DNA from: a virus | Strand: one strand, 5' to 3' | DNA length: 64,000 nt | Virus record (IMG/VR): IMGVR_UViG_3300022682_000016 | Span: 1 to 64,000 of that record | In this document: in pieces, positions 7,459 through 16,525 of the stretch | Layout of the letters: each line of letters opens with the position of its first letter | Position numbering within the stretch: position 1 is the stretch's first letter | Notes under the pieces: model-generated | What the model saw: the letters and a program-made list of their open reading frames with translations, nothing else | The model's database searches: none | What the model was told of the DNA's origin: nothing | Program-made: the position numbers and the translations under genes

Positions 7459-7653
7459 TTGATTTTGGAGGTTAAATTGCGTATATTAAAGGTGTCAAAA
7501 TGTGAATTTGAATTAGATGACGGAAGTGTCTTTCCGATAGACCCTCCATTAGAAAAGGAAATGTCAGTTGAAGAATTTCAAAAACACTATGACTTCGCTT
7601 CTAAGACTATCGGAGGCTGCGGAAAAATTAGGGACAACAACTCAAACTCTTAG
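7459..7653 (+). CDS. Small accessory ORF at the IS607 left end
   Basis: A GGAGG SD precedes TTG at 7477; the ORF overlaps the tnpA start. Confidence 0.45.
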   Translation: MILEVKLRILKVSKCEFELDDGSVFPIDPPLEKEMSVEEFQKHYDFASKTIGGCGKIRDNNSNS

Positions 7654-8167
7654 GAATTGGGCTAACTCCGGAAGATTAAAAAGCGTTAGAACGCCGGGAA
7701 ATCAAAGAAGAATATCCTTGTCCGAGATAGAGAGGCTACAGGGTTCTCCAAAAAGAACAAAGTTATTAATCTATGCTAGAGTATCTACGCAAAAACAGAA
7801 AGATAATCTTGATAGGCAGGTTGGACGGCTTCTGGAACATGCAATTACTATTTCTAAAGATTTTGAGTTGTACACAGACATAGGAAGTGGTCTTAATGAT
7901 AATAGAAAATCATTTAAGAAGCTTCTCGTTAGGATATCAGATCCTGATGTAATGGGGATACTCATTGAATATAAAGACAGGATAAGTAGATATGGGTTTA
8001 CTACGCTTGAGACATACTGTAATAATCTTGGTGTTTCTGTGTATGTAATGAATAAATCTGAGTCTCTTGATTTTGAACAGGAATTTTCTAAAGATATAGT
8101 GTCTCTTATAGCATCCTATTCTGCCAGACTTTGCATTAAAAATAGGAGATGGCATGGCAAGGGTTAA
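7589..8167 (+). CDS. tnpA: IS607 serine recombinase TnpA with a replaced C-terminus
   Basis: MerR-like HTH, YARVST, EYKDRISRYGF. The native tail YGRRGGKAKKKK* is displaced to 8986-9024. Confidence 0.9.
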   Translation: MTSLLRLSEAAEKLGTTTQTLRNWANSGRLKSVRTPGNQRRISLSEIERLQGSPKRTKLLIYARVSTQKQKDNLDRQVGRLLEHAITISKDFELYTDIGSGLNDNRKSFKKLLVRISDPDVMGILIEYKDRISRYGFTTLETYCNNLGVSVYVMNKSESLDFEQEFSKDIVSLIASYSARLCIKNRRWHGKG

Positions 8168-8984
8168 ACGAATTTGTCAAAACTGCGGGGGTTCTTTTTA
8201 TATAGACCACTGGAGGCTGAAGGATATGAATCGAGGTAAGTTTTGTTCTAGGGAATGCAGTGGGCGTTCTTTGAAAGAGGTTAATAAAGATTTTTTCAAA
8301 GAACCTTCTGCTAATATGGCGTGGGTAATGGGGCTTATGTTTTCTGATGGGTGTTATTATAGAAATCAATTTTCTATAAAATCTATAGACCGACAACTCC
8401 TTGAAACAGTCAAGAGTGTGATGGAAAGCACCTATACTATACGGCAAACTGAAAAGACTTCAGCTGGGAGTCTTGTCTACGTTTTAGATGTTTGCGGTTC
8501 AAAGTTAGAAGTTACGCCAGAGTACTGGGGAATGCATAGTCATAAAACATTTACTATTAAGTACCCTGAAAATCTGCCGGATAAATATGCCCCTGATTTT
8601 ATCAGGGGGCTGTTCGATGGCGATGGCCATGTTCGTGTTGCTATAGATAAACGTAGGAAAAATAGTTATAGTCGTGAATGGCATTTGTTAGGGACAAAGA
8701 GTTTGTTAATAGAAGTACAATCTAAGCTGCCTGCTCCCTGTAGCTTTACTGATTATAAAAAGATAGCAAAAATTCGTTGTTACTCTATCAGATATTTGAC
8801 TACTCTGTATGAATATTTGTACTATAAAAAAGAGATACCTTGTCTCACTCGCAAACGTCTCAAGTTTGAAGATGCAATAAAAATGTCAGAGGATGTAGAG
8901 GTAAGTTCCTTTGAGAGAGTCAATAGTGTTTTACAAAGTGTCAATAAATATACTCGAAAAAGGTATTATGCATCTTTGTCTTAA
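8154..8984 (+). CDS. LAGLIDADG homing endonuclease with an N-terminal zinc finger
   Basis: CQNC...FCSREC; WVMGLMFSDG and FIRGLFDGDG motifs; AGGAG SD. Confidence 0.88.
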   Translation: MARVKRICQNCGGSFYIDHWRLKDMNRGKFCSRECSGRSLKEVNKDFFKEPSANMAWVMGLMFSDGCYYRNQFSIKSIDRQLLETVKSVMESTYTIRQTEKTSAGSLVYVLDVCGSKLEVTPEYWGMHSHKTFTIKYPENLPDKYAPDFIRGLFDGDGHVRVAIDKRRKNSYSREWHLLGTKSLLIEVQSKLPAPCSFTDYKKIAKIRCYSIRYLTTLYEYLYYKKEIPCLTRKRLKFEDAIKMSEDVEVSSFERVNSVLQSVNKYTRKRYYASLS

Positions 8985-9020
8985 CTATGGCAGGAGAGGT
9001 GGAAAGGCTAAGAAAAAGAA

Positions 9021-10199
9021 ATGAATCGTTCTCATAAAATAAGGCTTAGTCCTAATAATAAGCAGATCACTTATTTTAAAAAGGCTTGTGGTTGTGCAAG
9101 GCTTGCTTATAATTGGGGCTTGTCTGAATGGAAGATTCAATACGAAAACAAAGAAAAGCCGTCATCTTATTCTATAAAGAAAAAGTTTAACTCTATAAAG
9201 AAGACTAATTTTCCTTTTGTATATGAAGTGACAAAGACGGCTTGCGAGTCAGCGTTTAGCAACTTAGATAAGGCGTTTAAAGGGTTTTTCAGAAGAGTTA
9301 AGATAAATAAGAAACCTGGATACCCTAAGTTTAAGAAAAAAGGAATCCATGATTCATTTACTATTGATAACTCAAAATTTTCAATTCAAGAAAACAAAAT
9401 AAAGATTCCAAAGCTCGGTTTTGTTAAGATGGCTGAGGGTCTTCGTTTTGATGGAAAGATACTTTCTGCCACTATTTCAAGAACATCTAATATGTGGTTT
9501 GTTTCTATATCTGTTGATATTCCAAATGAGGAGAGTAAAAACCAAGCCTTCTCAGCAGTAGGAATTGATCTTGGTATTAGTAAACTTGCTACATTATCAG
9601 ACGGAACGGTGTTTGAAAATATAAAGACTACCAAAAAATATGAAAGGAGATTAAGAAGAATAAACAAGTCTTTATCTCGAAAGATTGTCGGAAGCAACAA
9701 TAGGTTGAAATCAAAATTTAAATTATCAAGATTGCATTATAAGATAAAATGTGTGCGAAGCGATTTTATTCACAAGATGACACAGACGATATCTGATAAT
9801 TTTACGGATGTTTTTATTGAGGACTTGAATGTTTCTGGAATGGTTAAGAATATGAAGTTATCTAAAGCCATTTCTGATGCATCTTTTTATGAGATACGAA
9901 GGCAACTTGAATACAAGGTTAAAAATGTCCGTACTGTAAATAGATTCTTCCCAAGCACCAAATTATGTTTCGAGTGTGGTACGATACATGAAATGCCATT
10001 AAGTAAAAGAGTTTTTAAATGTGACTGTAATGGAGTCGAAATTGATAGAGATGTTCATGCGACACAAAATATACTACGGCAGGGTTTGTCGAAAGTAAAG
10101 CCTGCGAAGATGGAAGCTCTGGCTGTTAGAAATAACAGTGAAACTACCGTCACTGAAGCAGGAAATCCACGTAAAGGTTTTGAAAGGAAACCCTTCTAA
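9021..10199 (+). CDS. tnpB: TnpB RNA-guided nuclease
   Basis: OrfB HTH (CGCARLAYNW), GYPKFK, RuvC motifs GIDLG / IEDL / DRDVHA and a zinc finger. Confidence 0.95.
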   Translation: MNRSHKIRLSPNNKQITYFKKACGCARLAYNWGLSEWKIQYENKEKPSSYSIKKKFNSIKKTNFPFVYEVTKTACESAFSNLDKAFKGFFRRVKINKKPGYPKFKKKGIHDSFTIDNSKFSIQENKIKIPKLGFVKMAEGLRFDGKILSATISRTSNMWFVSISVDIPNEESKNQAFSAVGIDLGISKLATLSDGTVFENIKTTKKYERRLRRINKSLSRKIVGSNNRLKSKFKLSRLHYKIKCVRSDFIHKMTQTISDNFTDVFIEDLNVSGMVKNMKLSKAISDASFYEIRRQLEYKVKNVRTVNRFFPSTKLCFECGTIHEMPLSKRVFKCDCNGVEIDRDVHATQNILRQGLSKVKPAKMEALAVRNNSETTVTEAGNPRKGFERKPF

Positions 10200-10848
10200 C
10201 TTTTTATAAGTTGGATAAACCAGGTGTTGAATATTTAGCATTCTGCTCCTATTTCGACCCTTCCAAAGGACCTAAATCCATAAAACTTATAGGACATCAA
10301 CGAATATTGAGAGATGCTTGGGACAATGCTCTAAAGGCGGGATTACGATCTATCCAAGGAAAAGTTGTTGGGATGGAAGATTATTTCGATGTAAAGCCTT
10401 TGAGTGATAATAGTAGCTTCTACTGGGAAGATATCCAATTCAGTATTGTACAAAGTGTACATATTATGGATGGCTACTCTATCGTACCTTCCTACGGATT
10501 AATGATCAAAGACACGAACAACGATAAGAAGGTTTATATAACATCTGACAGTCAATTCAATCCTAATCAGATTAAAGATTTTTATGACCAAGCAGATATT
10601 ATTATTCAAGATTGCGAGACGGCCCCGTTTCAATCAGGTGTTCATGCCCACTACACCGAACTAGCCACACTCTCAGATAATATTCGGTCAAAAATGATTC
10701 TTATCCATTATCAAGACAACATTATAAATGAGTGGGATAGTTCACAGAAAAAAGCAAAAGGGGATGGATTTATTGGCTTCGCAAAACCAGGCATCGATGT
10801 CTTGACCCAAACAACTGACTCAGAAATAAAATAAAAAAGGAGTATACT

Positions 10849-11076
10849 GTGCAATTTTTAGTAGTAAATGCAAAGAAAAGGAAGACTGGGGATTTTATTA
10901 ACGACATACCCGTACTCATTGATGGGGTAGAAAATGGGGCCACTGGAAGTCTTATAAAAATGGATGGTGGAACTGTTGATTTATCAGTATCCGCAAATGG
11001 TGCTGAAGAAACAACTGTTGATGTGGAAGATACTACCCAAACAAACCCTTTACAAGTAAATATCTTAATTGATTAG
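10849..11076 (+). CDS. Hypothetical protein
   Basis: AGGAG SD with a GTG start. Confidence 0.6.
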   Translation: MQFLVVNAKKRKTGDFINDIPVLIDGVENGATGSLIKMDGGTVDLSVSANGAEETTVDVEDTTQTNPLQVNILID

Positions 11077-11087
11077 GACTCTTGTTT

Positions 11088-12458
11088 ATGAAACATAAAA
11101 AGAAAATACTATTGGCCTCCGCACTCTTAGCAGGTATACTCCTATGTCGATGCTGCGCCCCTAAATATAACCAACCACTATTATCTGTGGACAAGGAACC
11201 TGTAGCAACTATAGAATCAGTTGTACAGGATACTCAGATGCTATTCGCAACTACCTTCTCAGGAGGTGGGACTCGTGCCATGGCTATGGGATACTTTGTA
11301 TGCAAAGAACTCAATAAGGTTATCTATAAAGACTCCAGCACCCTTATGAAAGAGATTGATATAACATCTGGTGTTTCCGGAGGTTCCTTTGTATCCGCAG
11401 CTCTACCTATTTACCGTAACGATTGGGACTCATTCTACACCAAAGGAGTTATTAGAGATATTCAGGGAGATTTGGTAAAACGAATGCTACTTCCATGGAA
11501 CTGGCCAAAACTATTATCACCCTATTATACTAGAACAGATCTTGCTTCTGAATATTACCACAAACATATTTTCAAAAAACACACATTTGGATCAATATTG
11601 CCATATCCAATACTATACATAAACAGCACCCTCCTTGCGCAGGGAACACATTTTGTTTATAATGATGACTATTTTAGATATATAAATTCTAATATAAAAA
11701 GTTATCCTATTGGTTATGCTTGTGCAGCCTCTTCAGCATTTCCTGTCGGATTTCCAGCAATGACATTAAAAAATTATGGAAAAACCGCTACCCAAGACTC
11801 ATTACTAAAGGACAGGAAATACAAAAGAGCTTTTAGGAATAAAGAACGGGACATGGATCTTTTCGTTTATTGGAGACTTAGAAAGTTCTTAAATGATAAA
11901 AGTAATGAATGGATACATAATCAAGATGGAGGAATTGCGGGTAATACCGGTATAAAACGTATCTTGGATGAATGTAAAACAAACGGCATAATTAACAGGG
12001 CTATAAACAATGTTAAAAATCCTTTAAAAAGGATAGTCCTCTTAACTATGGATGCAGGTACACAAAAAGTTGACCAGAACGGCTCAAAACAGTCACCTCC
12101 TAACAGCTTGGATGTTGTTTTGTATACCACAACAACTTCTATGGATATATTATCTGGTGAACGTTTTGAAGAGGTTAAAGACTATTTAGGACAAATATGG
12201 CAAGTTGCTCAGCAAAGCCAATCAGGCATGGCTTTTGAAGATAGGGCATTGTCCAAACTAGAAAAACCGTACCTGATAGAAATAAATGCCCGTAATATTA
12301 AAGATCCCAAATTAGCAACTGATTTTAACAAATTACCAACATCTTTTCACCTAGACTCTGATCAGTTAATGGTTATAGAGTCTGCTGTAAACCATCTTTT
12401 AAACAACAACTCCGAATATCAAAGACTTTTAGAAAGTATATTAAATGACAACAATTAA
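11088..12458 (+). CDS. Patatin-like phospholipase, probably exported or a lipoprotein
   Basis: SGGGTRA oxyanion loop, GVSGG nucleophile elbow, ASSAFP, DGG; basic-hydrophobic-Cys N-terminus. Confidence 0.85.
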   Translation: MKHKKKILLASALLAGILLCRCCAPKYNQPLLSVDKEPVATIESVVQDTQMLFATTFSGGGTRAMAMGYFVCKELNKVIYKDSSTLMKEIDITSGVSGGSFVSAALPIYRNDWDSFYTKGVIRDIQGDLVKRMLLPWNWPKLLSPYYTRTDLASEYYHKHIFKKHTFGSILPYPILYINSTLLAQGTHFVYNDDYFRYINSNIKSYPIGYACAASSAFPVGFPAMTLKNYGKTATQDSLLKDRKYKRAFRNKERDMDLFVYWRLRKFLNDKSNEWIHNQDGGIAGNTGIKRILDECKTNGIINRAINNVKNPLKRIVLLTMDAGTQKVDQNGSKQSPPNSLDVVLYTTTTSMDILSGERFEEVKDYLGQIWQVAQQSQSGMAFEDRALSKLEKPYLIEINARNIKDPKLATDFNKLPTSFHLDSDQLMVIESAVNHLLNNNSEYQRLLESILNDNN

Positions 12459-12534
12459 TATTTTGACAACAGTAACTGTGGCAGAGGCCATAATTATTCT
12501 ATTTTTATTATTTCGTTTAAGGAGAACAAACCGC

Positions 12535-12813
12535 ATGACAAACAACACAAAAAAACTTTTCGTAGGTAATCTTCCCTACTCAGTAACTAATTGGCAAGAA
12601 CTTAAAGATGATCTCTCCCGAGACGTAGGAACAGTTCTCCGAGTAAACATTATTCATGATCGGGAAACTGGTAAGTCTAAAGGATTTGCGTTTATTGTAG
12701 TGCCAGAAGACCAAGCAGAACTATTCTTATCCGGACCGGCAATTGAATATCGTGGCCGTGAGCTTAAAGTTCGTGAAGCTATTGAAAGAACAGCTCCAGC
12801 CAATGCAAAGTAA
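12535..12813 (+). CDS. RRM-domain RNA-binding protein
   Basis: RNP2 KLFVGNL and RNP1 KGFAFI; AAGGAG SD before the ATG at 12535. Confidence 0.88.
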   Translation: MTNNTKKLFVGNLPYSVTNWQELKDDLSRDVGTVLRVNIIHDRETGKSKGFAFIVVPEDQAELFLSGPAIEYRGRELKVREAIERTAPANAK

Positions 12814-12844
12814 CATTTCTAACTCTAAATAAGGAACAATCATT

Positions 12845-13420
12845 ATGGGCGAATTTGATGACGCAACTTTAAAGTTGGTTACAAAAGTTGTTAAATCCAC
12901 AGTGCAGGAAGACAAAAAGTCTGAAGACTCTGTAGTAGAAACAGTGTTAGAATCCGAAGTCCAACCTGGAGCGTTTAGTGCTTATAGCAAAGATTTAGAA
13001 AACTTTGTATTCTCTAATCGATGCTGGGAAAGTTTCAAAACTGGAAAACAGGTAGGTATTTGGAGATTTAAATTATCTGACCCTGCTGACGGGTCATTAA
13101 TTGCAGAAATAGGTGAGTGTATTATAAAAAATATAGCAGTAAAAATTGGTAAAGAAGATGTTAAAGTCGTTACCATAACCATTACTCACCGATTCACAAA
13201 CTCCCAAAAAGCTTTGGAATGTGCAGTTTCTACACATGTCCTGACAACACTTACTAGAGATACTGAAATTTTCTCAAATATTGAAGATGAATCCGGAGAA
13301 GATGTCTCTGAAGATAATTTTACAGTAAAATATTCAAAAACTACTGCACAAGACTCTGAAAAAGATGGAAATGCCGTTATAGAAGAAGAACCTGTATTGG
13401 GGGAAGAAACAGTCCTGTAA
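12845..13420 (+). CDS. Hypothetical protein
   Basis: AAGGA SD; acidic C-terminal tail. Confidence 0.7.
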   Translation: MGEFDDATLKLVTKVVKSTVQEDKKSEDSVVETVLESEVQPGAFSAYSKDLENFVFSNRCWESFKTGKQVGIWRFKLSDPADGSLIAEIGECIIKNIAVKIGKEDVKVVTITITHRFTNSQKALECAVSTHVLTTLTRDTEIFSNIEDESGEDVSEDNFTVKYSKTTAQDSEKDGNAVIEEEPVLGEETVL

Positions 13421-13517
13421 AAAAAGAACCCCCCAGTTTAGAAAGCTAGGGGGCAAGAAAAGCTGGGTGAGCCAATGGTTGCTGAGCATTTTTCACCCAC
13501 AAAGATAGGACTTTGTT
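13419..13517 (-). ncRNA. Candidate ~100-nt small RNA
   Basis: Has its own promoter, two hairpins and a terminator (GCCCCCTAG/CTGGGGGGT then TCTTTTTTT). Confidence 0.6.
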
Positions 13518-13523
13518 AGTAAT

Positions 13524-13552
13524 AATCTAACTAATATAGTTTGTTGTGTCAA
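13524..13552 (-). promoter_or_regulatory. sigma70-like promoter of the small RNA
   Basis: TTGACA-N17-TAGATT. Confidence 0.6.
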
Positions 13553-13586
13553 CCATTTAGTAAAAAAAAAATTAAGGGGATTTATT

Positions 13587-13955
13587 ATGGAAAATTATTC
13601 AGAACTTTTAGCACTTATTATTGGTATCGTCATCTATCTTGGAAAGCAGTGGTTAGCTAAAAAGAATGCTGACCTGGATAAGAAAGCTGAAAAAGTTCAA
13701 AACGTCATTATAGATGCAATTGTCAAAGCCAAATCTATCCAAACAGAAGGAATCCCAAAAGATGAGCTTAAAAGGCAAGCTGTTCAACTAATAAGCAAAG
13801 AGATCGTTACCAACAAAAAAATATCAGAAGCTACTAAAAAACTTGGAATAGCTACAAATCCGGAAATGATTGAAGAATATGTCGAAACTGGGCTACACGC
13901 AGCCAAATTAGGATTGAAAAATGTCCTAAAAGAAAACTTCAAAAGATCTCTCTAA
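13587..13955 (+). CDS. Holin-like membrane protein (LL-H-type architecture)
   Basis: Single N-terminal transmembrane helix followed by a basic helical region. Confidence 0.45.
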   Translation: MENYSELLALIIGIVIYLGKQWLAKKNADLDKKAEKVQNVIIDAIVKAKSIQTEGIPKDELKRQAVQLISKEIVTNKKISEATKKLGIATNPEMIEEYVETGLHAAKLGLKNVLKENFKRSL

Positions 13956-14038
13956 TCAATATTAAGTAGATAGGTACGAACACAACCACAATAAAACGTG
14001 GTTGTGATTCTATTAAACGATTTGTTATATTATTTGCC

Positions 14039-16192
14039 ATGCTAGCTGAGCAACAATTTGGTTTACTCCTAGACTCAATACCTAAAAAATCTGGAAACGG
14101 ATACATATTAGTAGCATCCACAACGTATGGATCTACTATACGTCTACACACATATAGTGATTTCTCTCTAAAATTATCAAAAGAAATTGTTTATGAGTAC
14201 TCCTACATTGAAAAAGAAATTCCAGAAACTAATGGGGCAACATTTAACATACTGAAAAGTGTTCCGAAACGGGTAGCCACAATTACTGAAAGAGGTCTTA
14301 ATGGAAGGGAGCTTACTGAAAGACTCTATAAATGGTATGAAACTAGAGGACTAACCTCCTTACTAAAAAATGTTCAATACTCAACAGATCTTCTCGAAAA
14401 TGCTGGTACTAAATATTTAACAAATAATGACCGATTTAAAAAGTATGATGGTCAAGATGATGTTTGGGATAGAATAGATGTGTTAGCAACAGAACTGTCA
14501 CAGTACTATAAAGACTGCCCAGAAAGAGCTACTGAGTTCTTACCCACCTATAATGCTAAATACGATACTCAAGACCATATAAATGCTTATTCAGATAATA
14601 ATGATGAGCAATTTACTGACCATATGACTAGCTCTAATCGATATTACCAAACAAAACTGTCCCACATAACTGTAGGTGGTAAAGTAAAAGATTCAAGAAT
14701 AACTTCCCTAATTCGTAAAAAATCAGATGTTTTGGATGAAAATGGAAATCCTATAAATATTAACAATTTCCCAAAGAGTGGTATAAATAGTAATGTAGAT
14801 TCCGTATTTGCCTATACTTGTTATCGGGAAAGGCATATTTCTGAGTTCTACATATACTTTGCCTTAGCTACCTATTTAAAACGGTCAAGAAGATTTCCAA
14901 ATGGAAAATTTAACTACGTCTATGATTTCTTATCAAAATTTATGGGAAAGATACGCCTAAAGTGGGGTATTAAAGCAGTACTTATTCACATGTCCAGAAT
15001 AGGTATGATAAAAATTGAAGGAAATCCGAAAAAATCGAAAAATATTAAAAAAGATGCTATTATAAGCATCTTATCTCAATCCCATTATGTAAAAAAATGG
15101 GAAACTGTTTGGAATACAAAACAAATACGTTATGGACGTAATAAAGAGTTGAGAGTACGGTACCGGGGAAAATGGGTTGAAGGAAAATCTATACAGCTAT
15201 CTAATAAGTTAGGTACACCAATAGTTAATTTAGCAGCCAAATCTCCAAATGCAGCTAAAGTATTGTTGACTCATAGACCGTATACAGATCTCCATTTCCC
15301 AAAAACTGCTAAGTTGGATACTGGATTCATTAATTTGTTATTGGCAAAATCAGCTGACCAAAAAGCATTTCTTTATGAGATGATACTATCCTCCTGGAAC
15401 TATTCAGTTTCTCGTCAAAGGATCAGTAATAATCTTCATTTAGTTGAGAGTACTCAATATCAATATGAGAGGATGAATAAACATTTCTTAAAAAGGTATA
15501 ACCATACAGAAATACCAAAAGACATGTTTAATAAGTTTGACGAAGCTACAAAAGTTCTTATAGAAGAAGAAATTAGAAAAAAAGGTAAGTTTAAACGTTT
15601 ACCAAATGGAACGATTTTTAGACAGGAAGGAAATACTTACGCATCTTCAAGAATTACTTGGAGGTCTTCCCGAAAAGCGGCAAGGCTGAGATTGAGTCCC
15701 AAACAAATAAAGACCTGGTTGGCTACTCGACCATTCTTTACTAGCAGTATGTCAAATAATAACAAAACTATTAGCAAATCACCAAAATTTCTAACAGTTA
15801 ATGACGAACTGCTAACTAATGGACAATTTCAGCAGCTTACAAGCACATTTGTCACTACTAAGAAAGATGTCACTTCCCGTAAGTATTTCGCACTGTCTAA
15901 AAGAGGCATAAACGCTGTATCTACTAACCAAAACCACTGGGGATGGTTCCAACCATTAATGTCCTATGCAAGCAACGGAGACGTGCTCCTGCCAGGCGTG
16001 GTAGAACCTCTCAATCCTTGGACATTCAAAAAAGACTTCAATGTTCATGTTAGACGAAACTACTCTCCAAACACAGTTTCAGAAATTTCTAAAAAAGTTA
16101 CTTCTGAAGTTAGAAGAGTTAAAAAATCTATGGAAGAATACTACAAGTCTAATCAGTGTATTGGTACAGGTACAGGTCTTAAATTTCTCTGA
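14039..16192 (+). CDS. Large basic hypothetical protein, possibly a replication initiator
   Basis: 717-aa K/R-rich ORF followed by an AT-rich non-coding tract and then the DnaC/DnaB block. Confidence 0.6.
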   Translation: MLAEQQFGLLLDSIPKKSGNGYILVASTTYGSTIRLHTYSDFSLKLSKEIVYEYSYIEKEIPETNGATFNILKSVPKRVATITERGLNGRELTERLYKWYETRGLTSLLKNVQYSTDLLENAGTKYLTNNDRFKKYDGQDDVWDRIDVLATELSQYYKDCPERATEFLPTYNAKYDTQDHINAYSDNNDEQFTDHMTSSNRYYQTKLSHITVGGKVKDSRITSLIRKKSDVLDENGNPININNFPKSGINSNVDSVFAYTCYRERHISEFYIYFALATYLKRSRRFPNGKFNYVYDFLSKFMGKIRLKWGIKAVLIHMSRIGMIKIEGNPKKSKNIKKDAIISILSQSHYVKKWETVWNTKQIRYGRNKELRVRYRGKWVEGKSIQLSNKLGTPIVNLAAKSPNAAKVLLTHRPYTDLHFPKTAKLDTGFINLLLAKSADQKAFLYEMILSSWNYSVSRQRISNNLHLVESTQYQYERMNKHFLKRYNHTEIPKDMFNKFDEATKVLIEEEIRKKGKFKRLPNGTIFRQEGNTYASSRITWRSSRKAARLRLSPKQIKTWLATRPFFTSSMSNNNKTISKSPKFLTVNDELLTNGQFQQLTSTFVTTKKDVTSRKYFALSKRGINAVSTNQNHWGWFQPLMSYASNGDVLLPGVVEPLNPWTFKKDFNVHVRRNYSPNTVSEISKKVTSEVRRVKKSMEEYYKSNQCIGTGTGLKFL

Positions 16193-16440
16193 GCGCAAGC
16201 GAAGAATATTATATAGTAAGAATGTTAATTCTTTTCTTTTTTATAAGAGAAGTTATGATAGGTTTATTTAAAAAGAATCATTAAGTATATTATTCTTAAG
16301 TAAGGTTTAAGTAATAACGTATAATTTAAGTAAGGTTACAATAGTAAATCAGATACTTCATCAGGACTTAAAAGCTGATTTTAGCTGATACTACTTGTCA
16401 GTATCTACTAAGCAGTGTCTACTAAGTTGTAAGTAGACAG
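16193..16440. other. AT-rich non-coding tract, candidate replication origin
   Basis: Very AT-rich, with TAAGTAAGGTT x2, AGCTGAT x2 and a GTCTACT/AGTAGAC inverted repeat. Confidence 0.3.
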
Positions 16441-16525
16441 GTGCTTTTCAAAGAATATCCGAACAGGATGTTTTTACGCGGTCGGTGGTGTACGTGGAAG
16501 TCTGGAATGGAATGACTTTTGCAAT

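Larger units (their letters stand above)
7415..10224 (+). mobile_element. IS607-family element 2 carrying a nested homing endonuclease
   Basis: GG boundaries at 7413-7414 and 10223-10224, TTATAA-type repeats at the ends, and the order tnpA, HEG, tnpB. Confidence 0.9.
7212..10834 (+). pseudogene. Apyc1-like metallo-beta-lactamase-fold cyclic nucleotide phosphodiesterase, split by IS607 element 2
   Basis: Joining 7212-7414 to 10225-10834 restores a 270-aa ORF with GTGSAF, LLIDAG, HLHGDHVGG|VEY, WDNALKAGL, DYF, SDSQF, QDC, GVHA and HYQDN. Confidence 0.8.

Noticed and set aside
8132-8985. The insert as an intein (it starts with a Cys codon and ends with an Asn codon)
   Set aside because: Its length of 854 nt is not a multiple of 3, the tnpA frame stops at 8167, the +1 residue would be Tyr, and no splicing blocks are visible.
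7415-10224. IS607 element 2 as a self-splicing IStron that would restore the apyc1-like mRNA
   Set aside because: The left end is only about 170 nt before tnpA and contains an ORF. No group I core is visible, and no junction register gives both an exon-terminal U and an intron-terminal G.
10211-10834. Independent 207-aa gene starting at TTG 10211
   Set aside because: It is the C-terminal part of the interrupted MBL-fold gene, and its first codons come from the IS right end.
12445-12534. N-terminal transmembrane extension on the RRM protein
   Set aside because: A strong AAGGAG SD precedes the ATG at 12535; the extension is probably T-rich intergenic sequence read in frame.
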